From contig NW_027361705.1 in NCBI RefSeq assembly GCF_039654945.1, forward strand, positions 25,668,001 through 25,732,000: a stretch of 64,000 bases of DNA. Direction: 5' to 3'. Shown one piece after another: positions 22,708-35,065 of the stretch (positions are counted from its first letter, which is position 1; each line of letters opens with the position of its first letter). The DNA is from Dendrobates tinctorius (lineage: Eukaryota). Under the pieces are notes generated by a model, which was not told the origin of the DNA, did not search any database, and worked only from the letters and a program-made list of their open reading frames with translations. A program made the position numbers and the translations under genes.

Positions 22708-24600
22708 TGACGCCAGGGCAGTTGGGGGAAGGCTTCAGTTCTTTGTCCATCAATGGGTAGCATTGCCCGCCTCAAAGTGGGTAACCGACCTGTTAGCCGA
22801 GGGCCTACGACTAAGTTTCCTAAGCCTTCCACCTCAAAGAGTAAAAGTGACCCGGGTAGCCAAAAAGAATCAGGCCACGCTAGAAAAGGAGATTCAACTC
22901 CTCATGCAAAAGGAGGTACTAATAAAAGTACCGTGTCAAGTAGGGAAAGGACTTTACAGCACTCTGTTCCTCACGCCAAAACCAGATGGGTCACTAAGAA
23001 CAATATTCAATCTCAAAGCCCTGAACCAATACATCAGAACAGAGAAATTCAAAATGGAGACCTTGGGGTCAGCGGTGAAGCTACTCGACCCGGGTTGCTA
23101 CATGGCAGTAATCTTACTGACGCCTATTACCATGTCCCAATATGGGGGGGAACACCAACAATATCTAAGATTGGTAGTAGAGATTTCTCAAGTCCCCACT
23201 CATCTACAGTACCAGTGCCTACCCTTCAGGGTATCAGTGGCCCCTCGTATATTTACAAAAATCATCGGGGAAGTAGCGTACTTTATAAGAAGGGAAAATA
23301 TCCTGTTGGTACCCTATCTAGACTATTTCCTCGTTGTAGCAAACGACAAGCAAAGTTACGAAAATGCAGTTACAAAGGTCCTGGAAATATTAACCAGGCT
23401 AGGCTGGATGATCAATCTAAAAAAATCCAAATTAACTCCAGTGCAGTCACAAGAATTCCTTGGAATTCAAGTGGACTCATTAAAATAGCAGTGCATTCTT
23501 CCAGAAAGGAAAGTTGGGGCTATCCAACAAAAAATAAAACGGATACAATCCGGTCGAGCCATATCAGTAAGAGAGGCAATGTCGCTCCTGGGCACGTTAA
23601 CAGCAACAATCCCAGCGGTCCGGTGGGCACAAGCCCATACGAGAGAACTACAGTGGCAGATCCTATCCGAACAGGAGAAGGGTCCTTCCAATTTAAATCG
23701 GGAGATCATTCTCTCACCTCAAGTGCAGGAGTCATTAACATGGTGGCTGAGCACCGAAAACTTAAACAGATCAGTGCCCTGGACTACTCAACTCGGTGGT
23801 ACTGACCACGGACGCAAGTCCGAGTGGTTGGGGGGGGCACACATAGAGAAACGAACCCTACAGGGCCAGTGGGAACCCGGAATGAGGGATGCATCCTCAA
23901 ATCTAAAAGAACTGGCGGCTGTGAGGCGAGCCCTTCCCCTAGTAAAGCGAGAAGTGCAAGGGAGACATGTCTCACCATATTATCCGACAACAACACGGTC
24001 ATAGCATACATAAACAGACAAGGGGGTACAAGGTCGGCAATCCTTATGGCAGAGGCCAGTGAATTATTCGCATGGGCGGAAAACAATCTTTTGTCCTTAT
24101 CGGGTACACATTTAAAGGGGGCAGACAATTATCTGGCCGATTATTTAAGCCGTCATGTACTACACCAGGGAGAATGGTCCCAAAGTCAAAAAACATTTGG
24201 GGAAATCTGCGCTGCCTGGGGCACACCAGAAGTAGACCTGTTTGCTACCAGGGAAAATTGAAAAGTGGACAGGTTCTACTCCCTAAATCCAAGAGAGCAC
24301 CCAGAGGGGGTGGATTCGCTACTACACCGGTGGAAATTTCATCTGGCCTTATGCGTCCCCCCCCCCCCCCCGTTTCCATTGATTCCAGTAGTCTTGAAAA
24401 CGATCTGACAGCACAAAGCTCGAATAATCCTGGTTGCGCCCTTCTGGCCGAAAAGGGCATGGTTCACATGGCTCAGACGCATGTCTGTCTCGGACCCATG
24501 GATCCTCCCAGATACCCCGAATCTGCTATACCAGGGCCCAATAGAACACCCCAGGGTTCACAGGCTGCACCTCACTGCGTGGAACTTGAGGGGACTCCTT
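22708..24600 (+). pseudogene. DIRS A reverse transcriptase / RNase H / methyltransferase-like ORF, disrupted
   Basis: PKPDGSLRTIFNLKALN, APRIFTK, PYLDY, NLKEL, SDNNTVIAYINRQGGT, DNYLADYLSR, EVDLFA and LVAPFWPKRAW, with several frameshifts and stops. Confidence 0.9.
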
Positions 24601-25582
24601 CTAGCAAAAGGGTTCTCAGTCCTGTTAGTAACCACCCTGCTCGCTAGCAGAGAGGAGGTAACTTCACGTAAATACCAAAAAATTTGGGAAAAATTCTTGC
24701 AGTTCACGGGCCAACAATGGACTGGGACAGCCTAGAAAATAACAATAAAAGAGATCCTAGTGTTCCTCCAGAAAGGACTGGAAAAAGGACTGTCCACAAG
24801 CACCCTAAAAGTGCAGGTATCGGCCCTTGGTGCGTTGTTTGATCAAAAACTGGCTGATCACCCATGGATCTATAGATTCATTCAGGCCTCCTTCACATCC
24901 AGGCCCACAAAATTAACATCTAAGGTAGCTCCCTGGGATCTAAATTTAGTATTAAGGGCACTGGCAGCGTCTCCATTTGAGCCTATTGCTTCCATCTCAA
25001 TAAAGGCGCTAACGCTAAAAACAGTACTCCTGGTGGCCCTAACCTCAGCTCGTCGTGTCTGCGAGCTGCAGGCAATATCTGTAAATCCACCATATACCAC
25101 CTTTTTGGATGATGGTGATCATAAAAACTGATCCAGCCTTCCTACCGAAGGTAAGTTCCAAATTCCACAGGGAGCAGGAGATAATTTTGCCCTCGTTTTG
25201 TCCAAACCACAAATCCCAGGGAGAGAAAACCTTCCATTGCCTAGATGTCAGACGTTGCCTGATTCAATATATAAAAGCCTCAAAATCATGGATACAGTCT
25301 TCAGCCCATTTTGTCTCCTTTCAGGAGACAAACAGGGGTAAGAAAGCTTAAAAATCAACAATTGCACGATGGCTACATATGGGTATTGCAATGGCTTATT
25401 CTTCTTTAGATCAGGCCATACCCACGTCCTGGGCTGAAAGGGCAAATGCTTCGGTTGAGCAGATCTGTAAAGCAGCAGTATGGTCCTCACCATCCACTTT
25501 CTTCCGACACTATAGACTAGACCTAGGGCCCTCAAATCTAGCCTTTGGGAGAAAAGTGTTGTCTGCTTTTGTCCCACCCTAG
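24580..25582 (+). pseudogene. DIRS A tyrosine recombinase, disrupted
   Basis: STLKVQVSAL, PWDLNLVL, LTSARRVCEL, FLPKV, LDVRR, ICKAAVWSSPSTFFRHYRL. The HSTR motif is deleted. Confidence 0.9.
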
Positions 25583-26304
25583 TAGTCTATTCTATCTTTC
25601 CTCTCATGTCTGCGGTGCTGTCATGGGGAAGGGAAAAAATGATAATTACTTACTGGTAATTTGATTTTCCAGAGCCATGACAGCACCGCATTGTTCCCGC
25701 CCTACCTTGGTGATGGTTGTGTGGTGCACCAGAAAATTTAAAATTGTATCTGGATATGTAAATCTGTGAAAAAAATATTAAAAAAATAAAATAAAAAAAA
25801 TAAAGGAAAAAGGTGAATATTAGTGACACTGTTGTATAACATGTATGTAAACTAATACGGCGATTGCCTTTGCATACTCTGAAACAAACTGAGGAAGAGA
25901 GGTGCCACCCCCTTCTTATGTCTCTGCTACAGGTTTCCTGGTATCCGCCCCCAGGAAACATCTCTCTCATGTCTGCGGTGCTGTCATGGCTCTGGAAAAT
26001 CAAATTACCGGTAAGTAATTATTTTTCTCCAGTGTATTTACCTGCCTCCAACTACATTTGGAGTACAGATGGTTGCAGTGAAAGGCTCAGCATCTGTATC
26101 TCAAGTCTGAGGGTAAGCTGCTGCAGCTGGAGGATATTGCTCTAATAAGCACAAGGGTGTAGATTTGGTCACTGCCATCTGCTAAAAAAAATAGCTGAAG
26201 GCAGGTAAGTAGACCCAAGGAAAAGCAGCGATGTGGAAGCGAGTTGCATGGCTGTGTGGCGCTCCAAAGAAATGCCTCCTCACACCATTACTGACCTTTC
26301 TGCC

Positions 26305-27075
26305 AAACTGGTCATGTTGCAGGCAGCAGAACGTTCTCCATTGCATCTCAAGACTGTCACGTCTGTCGTGTGCTCAGTATGAACCTGCTCTCATCTGTGA
26401 AGAGCACAGGACATGGCGCCAATGTTGAATCTGCCAATCTTGGTGTTTGCCAATCGCCCTGCACGGTTTGGACTGTAAGCACAATGCCCACTTGTGGATG
26501 TCTGGCCCTCATACCACCCTAATGGATTCTTTCTGACCTTTTGTGCAGACACATGCACATTTGTGGCCTGCTGGAGGTAATTTTTCAGGCCTCTGGCACT
26601 GCTCCTCCTGTTCCTCCATGCACAAAGGAGGAGGTAGCTGTCCTGCTGCTGGGTTGTTGCCCTCCTACGCCCCTCCACGTCTGCTGGTGTACTGCTGACA
26701 GGCACAGTTCACATTGATGTGCCATGCTGGATGAGCTTTACTACCTAAGCAACTTCTGTGGGTTGTAGACACTGCCTTATGCTACTGTACAGTACCTCTA
26801 GAGGTGAGAGCAATGACAAAATGCAAAAGTGACCAAAACAGCCAAAAAGGATGAGAACAGAGAAAGTCTGTGGTCACCCCCTTCAGAACCACTCCTTTAT
26901 AGGCGTTATCTTGCTATTTGCCTATAATTACTTCTGTTGTCTGTTCCATTTGCACAACAGGAGAAATTCATTCACAATCAGTGTTGCTTCATTACTGGAC
27001 AGGTTAATTTCACAGAAGTTTGATTGACTTGGAGTTGTGTTGTTTAAGTGTTTCCTTTATTTTCTTTGAGATGTT
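26305..27075 (-). mobile_element. Tc1/mariner fragment (same family as 10518-11178)
   Basis: The minus strand matches the 10518 element ([26 protein letters not shown]) and has a degenerate TIR near 27075. Confidence 0.8.
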
Positions 27076-27363
27076 TGTATGTGTATATATACATTGGTAT
27101 AATATGAAAAAAAATTTTTTTTACTAGGAATGAGAACAAACCCCCTTGTAGTAATTTACATAGTTTCATAGCTCTCTATTCTGGACAAAATTATTAAAGA
27201 AGTAAATAAGACTCAGGCTGAGCTTCTGCTGTGGGGCAGAAAATGGCAAACTGTATGTTTTCCAAATGCCCATCCCAATGTTGCTGCTTTTACACCTCTT
27301 GCTTGGCACTGTCATTGTGTGGGTCAAAGTCCTTCGTACTTATTTGGATTGGATTGCCCTTAA

Positions 27364-27542
27364 AGGGAAGGTGCCATCCAAAAAAAAAATTTTCAGCAAT
27401 TGAAAAAATGTAAAGAATTAATGTTTACATTTTCTTAAATATTATCATTTGTTTTTAATCTTGTAAACTATGAAAAATAATTTTAAAAAGTTTGGCATTT
27501 CCACTTGTTGACACTAGGGGGAGCAGCTACTGAAATTTGGCA
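27364..27542 (+). mobile_element. Isolated duplicate of the left end of the Kolobok/T2 element at 27728
   Basis: TTAA|AGGGAAGGTGCCATCC...GAAATTTGGCA is nearly identical to 27728-27900. Confidence 0.85.
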
Positions 27543-28949
27543 GAGGTGATGCCAATTTGTGTTTTCTGAGGTATCCACCTCTGCTGCAGAGGATAAGAGT
27601 TAATTCTTGGCCTCCCTTTCGTGGGGTGTTTCTCATGGAAGTTTGTTTAATCATAGCAATTGATGGCATTTATGACTGCACTTGAGAACACGTTCAAGGT
27701 TCTAGCAATTTTCCAGATTGCTTTTAAAGGGAAGGTGCCATCCCAAAAAAATTTTTTCAGCAATTGAAAAAGAATTTGTTTACATTTTCTTAAAAAATAT
27801 TATCATTTGCTTTTAATTTTGTAAAATATAAAAAATAATTTTAAAAAGTTTGGCATTTCCACTTGTTAACACTAGGGGGAGCAGCTACTGAAATTTGGCA
27901 CAAAAACCTAGTGTACAACTAGCTCACATTACTGCCCTGCAGTAATTATGGGCGGAATCTGCTGACATGGGTGTGGTGTCACTCCTCTCCTCCCCTTCTG
28001 GGTGTTTGCTCAGGGAAAAGAGAGGATGACATTTAGGAACACAGTGAGCAGCCATTTTGATGGGGCCTGCAAAGTTACTGAGTGTCTTTGCATGCAAAGT
28101 CTGGATCAGAACAGGTCATCAATCAGCAGAAATGCTTCCTGGATTTCTGTGGAGCAGACAAGCAGACGGTCCATCCATGTGTATAAAACTCAGCGCTCTA
28201 TATACACTCCCTGGCACCGAACAGGGTGCCCCCCCCCCCCCCCATAGACCAGCACACTGCTCTCGTGAAATACTCTGTACTGCTGTCACCCTGCTCCTTC
28301 CACCATATATCAGGCCCCTGTCGCCTCGCTTTCACACATCGCCAGGACAGGATCTGAGGAGAGGGATGGGGTCTTCGGTCATCGAGGATGGCAGGCAGCA
28401 AGGATTCTGGGAGCAGGATGACAGCAGCACAGAGTATTTCAGGAGAGCAGTGTGCTGGTCTATGGGGGGCACAGAGGGAGATATATGGGGGAGGAGCAGG
28501 GTGACAGCACACAGAAATCCAGGAAACATTTCTGCTGATTGATGGCCTGTTCTGATCCAGACTTTGCATGCAAAGACCCCATTCGCCTCCTCAGACCCTG
28601 TCCTGGCGATGTGTGAAAGCGAGGCGACATGCGCAGTCCGGGGTGACGCTGGCATGCAGACTGGAGGGATATGTTGCCATATAGTAACGATAAAAATGAG
28701 ACCCCTCTCTTCAGCTGCCTCACCAGCCCTCCCCTGGCTGCACCTAACTATTACCCCTGACCCGTGTGCAGGTGCTCAGCCAGAACCACCCTAGAATGGG
28801 TCCCCTTTTAGCAGATAATACCACCATATACTTCACACAATACCGCCATATAGTTCTCACATAATGCCGCCATATAGATCCTACACAATACCACCATGTA
28901 GATCACACATAAAACCAGCAGGGTGACAGCAGCACAGAGTATTTCAGGA

Positions 28950-29175
28950 GAGCAGTATCACACGGGATAGGATTAGATACACGGCTCAGCAGTCGGTATC
29001 ACACAGGAGAGGATTAGATACACAGCTCAGCAGTCAGTATCACACAGGATAGGAATAGATACACGGTTGAGCAGTTAGTATCACACGGGAAAGGATTAGA
29101 TACATGGCTCCGCAGTCAGTATCACACAGGATAGGATTCGATACACGGTTCAGCAGTCAGTATCACACAGGAGAG
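28950..29175. repeat. 41-bp minisatellite, continued at 37584-37676 after the Gypsy insertion
   Basis: Unit CAGCAGTCAGTATCACACAGGATAGGATTAGATACACGGCT. Confidence 0.9.
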
Positions 29176-30748
29176 TGTGACGAACAGCCCACGGCCGTTC
29201 GTCCACTTACGGAGGCGACTAACGGGGGTCCCGCTGCCCCCAAAACGCGACGGACAGCGGACCCTGTGTCACCACTATGTCACAGTCCCACCACTGACAC
29301 GGGTGTATCAGCGGACGGAGGGACGAGACACAATGCCGGCACACGGCTATCACAGGCGCAATGGGGCTTATCTTAGTTATCCCACCACTGGCACCATGTG
29401 ACAAAAATATCCAGCAAGCTAATCTCGCTCTACAATTTGCCGCAGGGGGAGTTTAATTTGGATGCCCCGCCACTGCTATCAATCTTCCAAGTACTGCAGG
29501 GATTTATGTATATCCCACTTTCTCAGTTCCACTTTGGAACTCGCAGCTCTCCGGCGCCCCCCTTACCCTCAGGTCAGTCAGGGAACTGCACCTAGGATAA
29601 TTAGTCGCCGGACGGGCTGCCTGTTGTGAACCGGCAATTAGGCTTCTGCAGTAAGGGAATTATCAGCTGTGGCCACAGCCCCTCATTCAGCTATATAAGA
29701 CCCTTCTAGACTGCCAGCAAGCCGCAATAGCCGTGCACAACGTGCTGCCACCAGTCACGGTTACTTAATTCACAGTGTTAAATTAAGAGGGTCCGTGGCA
29801 AACCCCTTGAATTAGTAGCGATTATCTATCAAAGGCGTATAGTTCGAGTCTTAGAGCATAGAGACAGATCTAAATAATTCATTTATTTTCCGAAAGAGGA
29901 CAGTGATTACAGATAAAAGTTGCTATAAAATTGAGACATAAAATATGTACAGTACAGGTATAAAATAAAAGTGGAGAAAACAAAGAGATTACACTCTCAG
30001 TTCCATATTGTTCCTTAGGCAGACCATGCGGCTAAGGTGGGTGGAGGCGGAGCTGCACTTCTCCGCTCATCTGGGTCTTTCTAGCACGACGACTTGAGCT
30101 GTTCTCCCCTGGTTTTGTCCAGGAAATGCTTTATAGACTTGCTATGTGACATCACGGAGAGATGCATGCTGGGTTAATCCCACCTCTCCCTTTTGGATTT
30201 AGAATTACACTAGAAAACTTATACTAATCATAACTCCGTGGGGGCAGCCCGCACAGACACACATAGGGCATCATTGGTTGTGATTTGTTGAGTACAATAA
30301 TTCAAGACCAAATATGCAGTAGTTCTGATACACCGTTTAGCTGGAACACATATCTCAGGTTCTGAAAGGATTACGCTTCGCCAGAACCACGGCAGCGACG
30401 CTGTGACCGCCCGGATTACAAAAATGTGATTTTCATATCTCTAGGGTATTTGGTTCTTTTGGTATAGTCTCTCATAGTTTTATTCGTTTCAAACAAAAGT
30501 TTTTCCCGCTCTGAAGAGGAGAGAAGGAAACAAATGGTTGCAACAGCAGGGGGGTCTCTTATTACTAGTGCGAACACAGGCTGTAGAGGAGGGGGGGTGG
30601 CACTGCTCTGTGTGTGTGTGAAGGGAGGAGGGATGAAGCTGCAGAGCTAGCAGCCTGGATTGTCATATCTGCCGGATCTTTCTGGAAAGTTACAACAGAA
30701 AACATATTTTGTGGACAAAACCCCATACCTCAGACATTGTACATCACA
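29176..30748 (-). repeat. 3' LTR of the Gmr1-like element
   Basis: Direct repeat of 36008-37583. The polypurine tract AAGGGGGGAGG (minus strand) is adjacent at 30749-30759. Confidence 0.97.
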
Positions 30749-30768
30749 CCTCCCCCCTTAAGAGGGCG

Positions 30769-33700
30769 CTAAGGAGGCATTACCTCTCGGTAATCGGCCA
30801 TGCGCACCTCAGCGGGTTCGCCCCGGCGGGACAACCCATCGGCATTGCCGTTTTCACTGCCCTTCCTGTGTTTTACAGTGAAGTCGTACTGTTGAAGGGC
30901 AAGGCTCCAGCGGAGCAACCTTCCATTGGTTCCAGACACTGTGTGCAACCAGCTCAGAGGGTTGTGGTCAGTTACCACCGTGAAGGCGCGCCCGTACAGG
31001 TAGGGCTGCAAACGTTGCAGTGTCCACACCATGGCCAGACACTCCTTCTCGATGGTCGAGTATGCCACTTCCCTCGGCAAAAGTTTCCGGCTCAGGTACA
31101 ACACGGGGTGTTCTTAGTCCCCCGAGTCGACCTGGCTAAGCACAGCTCCGAGGCCAAACTCGCTGGCGTCGGTCTGTACCAGAAACGGGCGACTGCTGTC
31201 GACTGCTCTCAACACTGGAGAGTTGCACAGGGCTGCTTTCAAAGCTTGGAAAGCCGCCTCACAGTCATCTGTCCAGTTGACTGTTTGGGGTAGCCTCTGC
31301 TTGGTGAGGTCAGTCAAGGGTTTGGCAAGGGCGCTATAGTCCTGTACGAACTGCCTATAGTACCCTGCAGTGCCCAAGAAGGACTTCACCTGTTTCTTGG
31401 TCCTGGGGGTGGGCCAGGACACTATTGCGTCCACTTTTTCTGGCTCCGGACTCATGGAACCCCCGCCTACCCGGTGCCCCAGGTAGTGGACCTCGCGCAT
31501 GCCTATCTGGCACTTCCCCGGCTTGATGGTCAGGCCTGCCTGGTGAAGACGCTTGAGCACCTCCTGGAGGTGCTGAAGGTGTTCCTCCCAGGTGGAACTG
31601 AAGACGGCAATATCGTCTAAGTACGCCACCGCGTACTCCTCCAGTCCCCGAAGCAGGTGGTTGACCATCCGCTGGAAAGTGGCAGGGGCATTCTTCATGC
31701 CGAAGGGCATGACCGTGGACTCGTACAGTCCAAAGGGGGTGATAAAGGCGGATTTCTCCTGCGCCTCAGGGCTCAGGGGAATCTGCCAGTATCCCCGACT
31801 CAAATCCATGATGGATATGTAGTTGGCGTTTGTCAACCGCTCGAGCAGATCCTCGATGCGCGGCATTGGGTGGGCATCAGAGGTTGTGATGGCGTTGAGC
31901 CCCCTGTAGTCCACGCAGAACCGGGTGGTTCGATCCTTTTTAGGCACGAGGACTACAGGTGAAGCCCACGCGCTTTTTGACCGTCGAATCACCCCCAGCC
32001 TTAACATCTCATCGATCTCTTGGCGCATGACTTGTTGCACCGTTTCAGAGATCCGATAAAGTGTTCGCCGTAATGGGGCGTGATTCCCGGTGTCCACCTC
32101 ATGAACCGCTAACTCCGTCCTCCCCGGTTGGTTGGTGAACACGGGCCGGAAGAGTTTCAGGGTGGCCATCAACTGCAACCGCTGGGACACGGTGAGCGAA
32201 CCACTTATCTCCATGTCCTCAATGGACCCATTGGCCTTGGCCTGGGCCAGCATGTCCAGGAGGGGATCTTCCTCCCCATCCTCTGGCAGATTGCAGACCG
32301 GTAGGACGCAAGCTTCACGTTCGTAGTGTGCCTTCAGCATGTTGACGTGAAAGGCCTTGCGCCTACCCCGAGCATGGTCAAGCGTGACCACGTAGGTGAC
32401 CGGGTTGAGCTGTTGGTGGACGACGTATGGGCCTTCCCAGGCTGCCTGAAGCTTATCCGTTGGTACAGGGACCAGCACCCACACCTTTTGACCCACCTGG
32501 TAGGTCCGCTCCCGGGCGTTCTGGTCGTACCAGCGCTTCTGGTCAGCCTGAGCCTGCGTCATGTTGTCATGCACCAACTGCGTCAAGGTCTGCATCTTGT
32601 CACGGAAGCGCATGACATAATCCACGATGGACACTTCTGTGCGGTTTGGCTCATCTTCCCAGGATTCTCTTATCAACCCAAGGGGTCCCCGGACTCGCCT
32701 GCCATACAGGAGCTCGAAGGGGGAGAACCCGGTCGAGGCCTGCGGAACTTCTCTGTAAGCGAACAGCAGGTGTGGGAGGTACCGCTCCCAGTCGCGCCCT
32801 TGGGTCTCAACCAGTATGCGGAGCATCTGTTTGAGGGTACCGTTGAAACGTTCACACAAACCATTAGTCTGTGGGTGATACGGACTCGATACCAGCTGCG
32901 TCACCTGCATTTTCTCACAGATAGCCTCCATTAGGCGAGACATGAATTGGGGCCCTTGATCGGTAAGCATCTCCCTAGGAAATCCTACTCTTGAAAAGAT
33001 GGTCACCAGTGCGTCAGCCACCTTATCTGCCCTGGTTGAAGACAGAGCTACTGCCTCTGGGTACCGGGTAGCGTAGTCTACCACGGTGAGAATGTATCGC
33101 TTTCCGGAGCTGCTGGGGACGGACAGCGGTCCTGCAATGTCCACCGCGATTCTCTGGAAAGGCTCCTCTATCACCGGCAAAGGAATAAGGGGAGCCTTAA
33201 GAGCAGGCCCCGCCTTACCCACTTTTTGACAGGTGGCGCAGGAGCGGCAGTAGTGTGTTACATCTGTCCCCATCTTGGGCCAATAGAAGTGTTGAGACAG
33301 CCGTGCCTTTGTTTTGCTGATCCCCAAGTGTCCAGCGAGTGGAATCTCATGGGCAATCCGCAACAACTCGGTTCTGAACTGATAGGGGACGACCAGCTGT
33401 CTTTCCCTCAACCACTCCTTTTTAGGATCTCCGGGTACTGTCTCCCGGTACAACCTTCCTCGTTCCCAGAACACCCTCTCCTTATCAGACTTGGAGGTGG
33501 GCGTCTCGGCGAGACCTCTCAATTTCTCCAGGCTGGCATCTGAGTGCAGAGCAGCCTGGAACTCCATGCTGGAGGCTGCCAGAAGTGACGTCAGGGTCCC
33601 CTCTTTACTGGGACCCTCTGGAACCGGCTCTGGGTTCACCTCTGGTTCAGTCTCTCCTGTAGCAGCAGAGGGTCCAGAAGACCGTGCGTTACCTGCGATC

Positions 33701-35007
33701 TGGGCACTCTGACTGCGTGTGACAGCTGCTATGTATGCTGTCTCCCTGGGGATTTCTACAGACCCACCAGCCGGTGCTGGCTTGGGCTCTACCTCCCCAT
33801 CCACCCCCAACACTTCAGGAGCAGTGCTACTTATGGGCCAGTTACCTTCCTCGGTGGCACTGGTCAGCTGCATGGCATTACCTTCCTCATGGTCCCCATG
33901 CACCTCCCCATTCTCTTGAGCACCGTTGCTTACTCCTGCCAGGGGTTCCTCAGCCGTCTCACTCCGCAGAGTGACGGGGCTGAGCACTTCGTTACCTGTG
34001 GACACATCTACCGCTTCAAAGAAAGGGTTAACGGGTTCAGTCGGCACAGATACATCAACCTCATCATCATCCTTCCTAGGGGAAGAATGGTTATCGGTTT
34101 GCTTTGGCACATTCACATCAACATCATACCTGGGGAAAGAATGGTTGTTAGTTGCATCATTACTCATCAAGGCATTAGCAGGTAACACATTCAGTTTCCC
34201 GTCATCATCAGGGTTAACGTTACCCTTATCAGTTTGGGGAAGGGTGTCAGGGACGTAGTATGCAACCATCCGCCCCAAGTCAGTCCCCAATAAAACATCA
34301 GTGGGCAGGTTTTCAGACACTCCCACCTCCCTCAACCCGCTCCCAGCACCCCAATCGAGATAAACTCGTGCCACTGGCAAGGGACAACGGCTGCCTCCAA
34401 TCCCGGTGACAGTCAGGGTTTTCCCCTCAACAAACTCTTCAGGGGCCTCCAGTCCAGGACGGATGAGGGTTCGTTCAGCCCCGGTGTCCTTGAGGCCTGT
34501 AGCAAGACGGGCCCCCACCTGAACAGGTTGAACGTTGTCGTCAGCTCTCCCAACCACACCTCCCACCAAAAGAACAGAGGCGTTGGGCCCGGGGGCCTTG
34601 GCTGGGGGGTTCTTCGGCCTGTTCGGACAGGCGTAAAAGAAGTGACCAGGCCGCTGGCAGTGGTGACACAGGCGACTGTCAGTAGCCGGCCTGTTGTTGG
34701 CAACAGGGGCAGGGCCTCCGGAGGGACGGCTAGCTGGGGCATTGGGGTTGGTTGCTGGCTTACCCCCTTTCCAGCTGGTGGCGACTGGCCTCCGCGTCTC
34801 GGGCTTCCGGTTGGCCTCGTGGTTGTCGGCGATCTGCGCCGCTTTGTCCGCGTTCGTTGGTTCGCGGTCCAGGATGAACTGTCGGACCTCAGCTGGGCAG
34901 AGATGCAGGAACTGGTCTTTGATCATCAGGTCCCGTAGCTGCTCAAAGGTTTCAACGGACAGTCCATGGATCCACTGGTCAAAGTGGGTCCTGAGTCCTT
35001 GCACCAC
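30769..35007 (-). pseudogene. Gag C-terminus/Pol polyprotein: SCAN-like capsid, CCHC knuckle, protease, integrase, RT, RNase H (one stop at 31114-31116)
   Basis: EQLRDLMIKDQFL (SCAN-like), CHHCQRPGHFFYAC, KDTGA, AHEIPLAGHLG..CATC, VDIAGP/LTDQG/GLCERFN, PFGMKNAPATFQ, YLDD, QTDAS. ORF 30769-31104 continues RNase H (YSTIEKECLA, TDHNPL, NADGLSR). Confidence 0.95.
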
Positions 35008-35065
35008 ATCACTGTAGCTATCATGTGGGCCACGTTGGAGGTGCCGGAACTTCTTTCGGTATACC

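Larger units (their letters stand above)
20749..26024 (+). mobile_element. DIRS1-type tyrosine-recombinase retrotransposon (copy A), full length, decayed
   Basis: Inverted terminal repeats (ITRs) at about 20749-20870 and 25885-26024. An internal complementary region at about 25600-25690 joins the complements of both ends. Gag, RT, RNase H, methyltransferase-like and tyrosine recombinase remnants are present. Confidence 0.95.
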
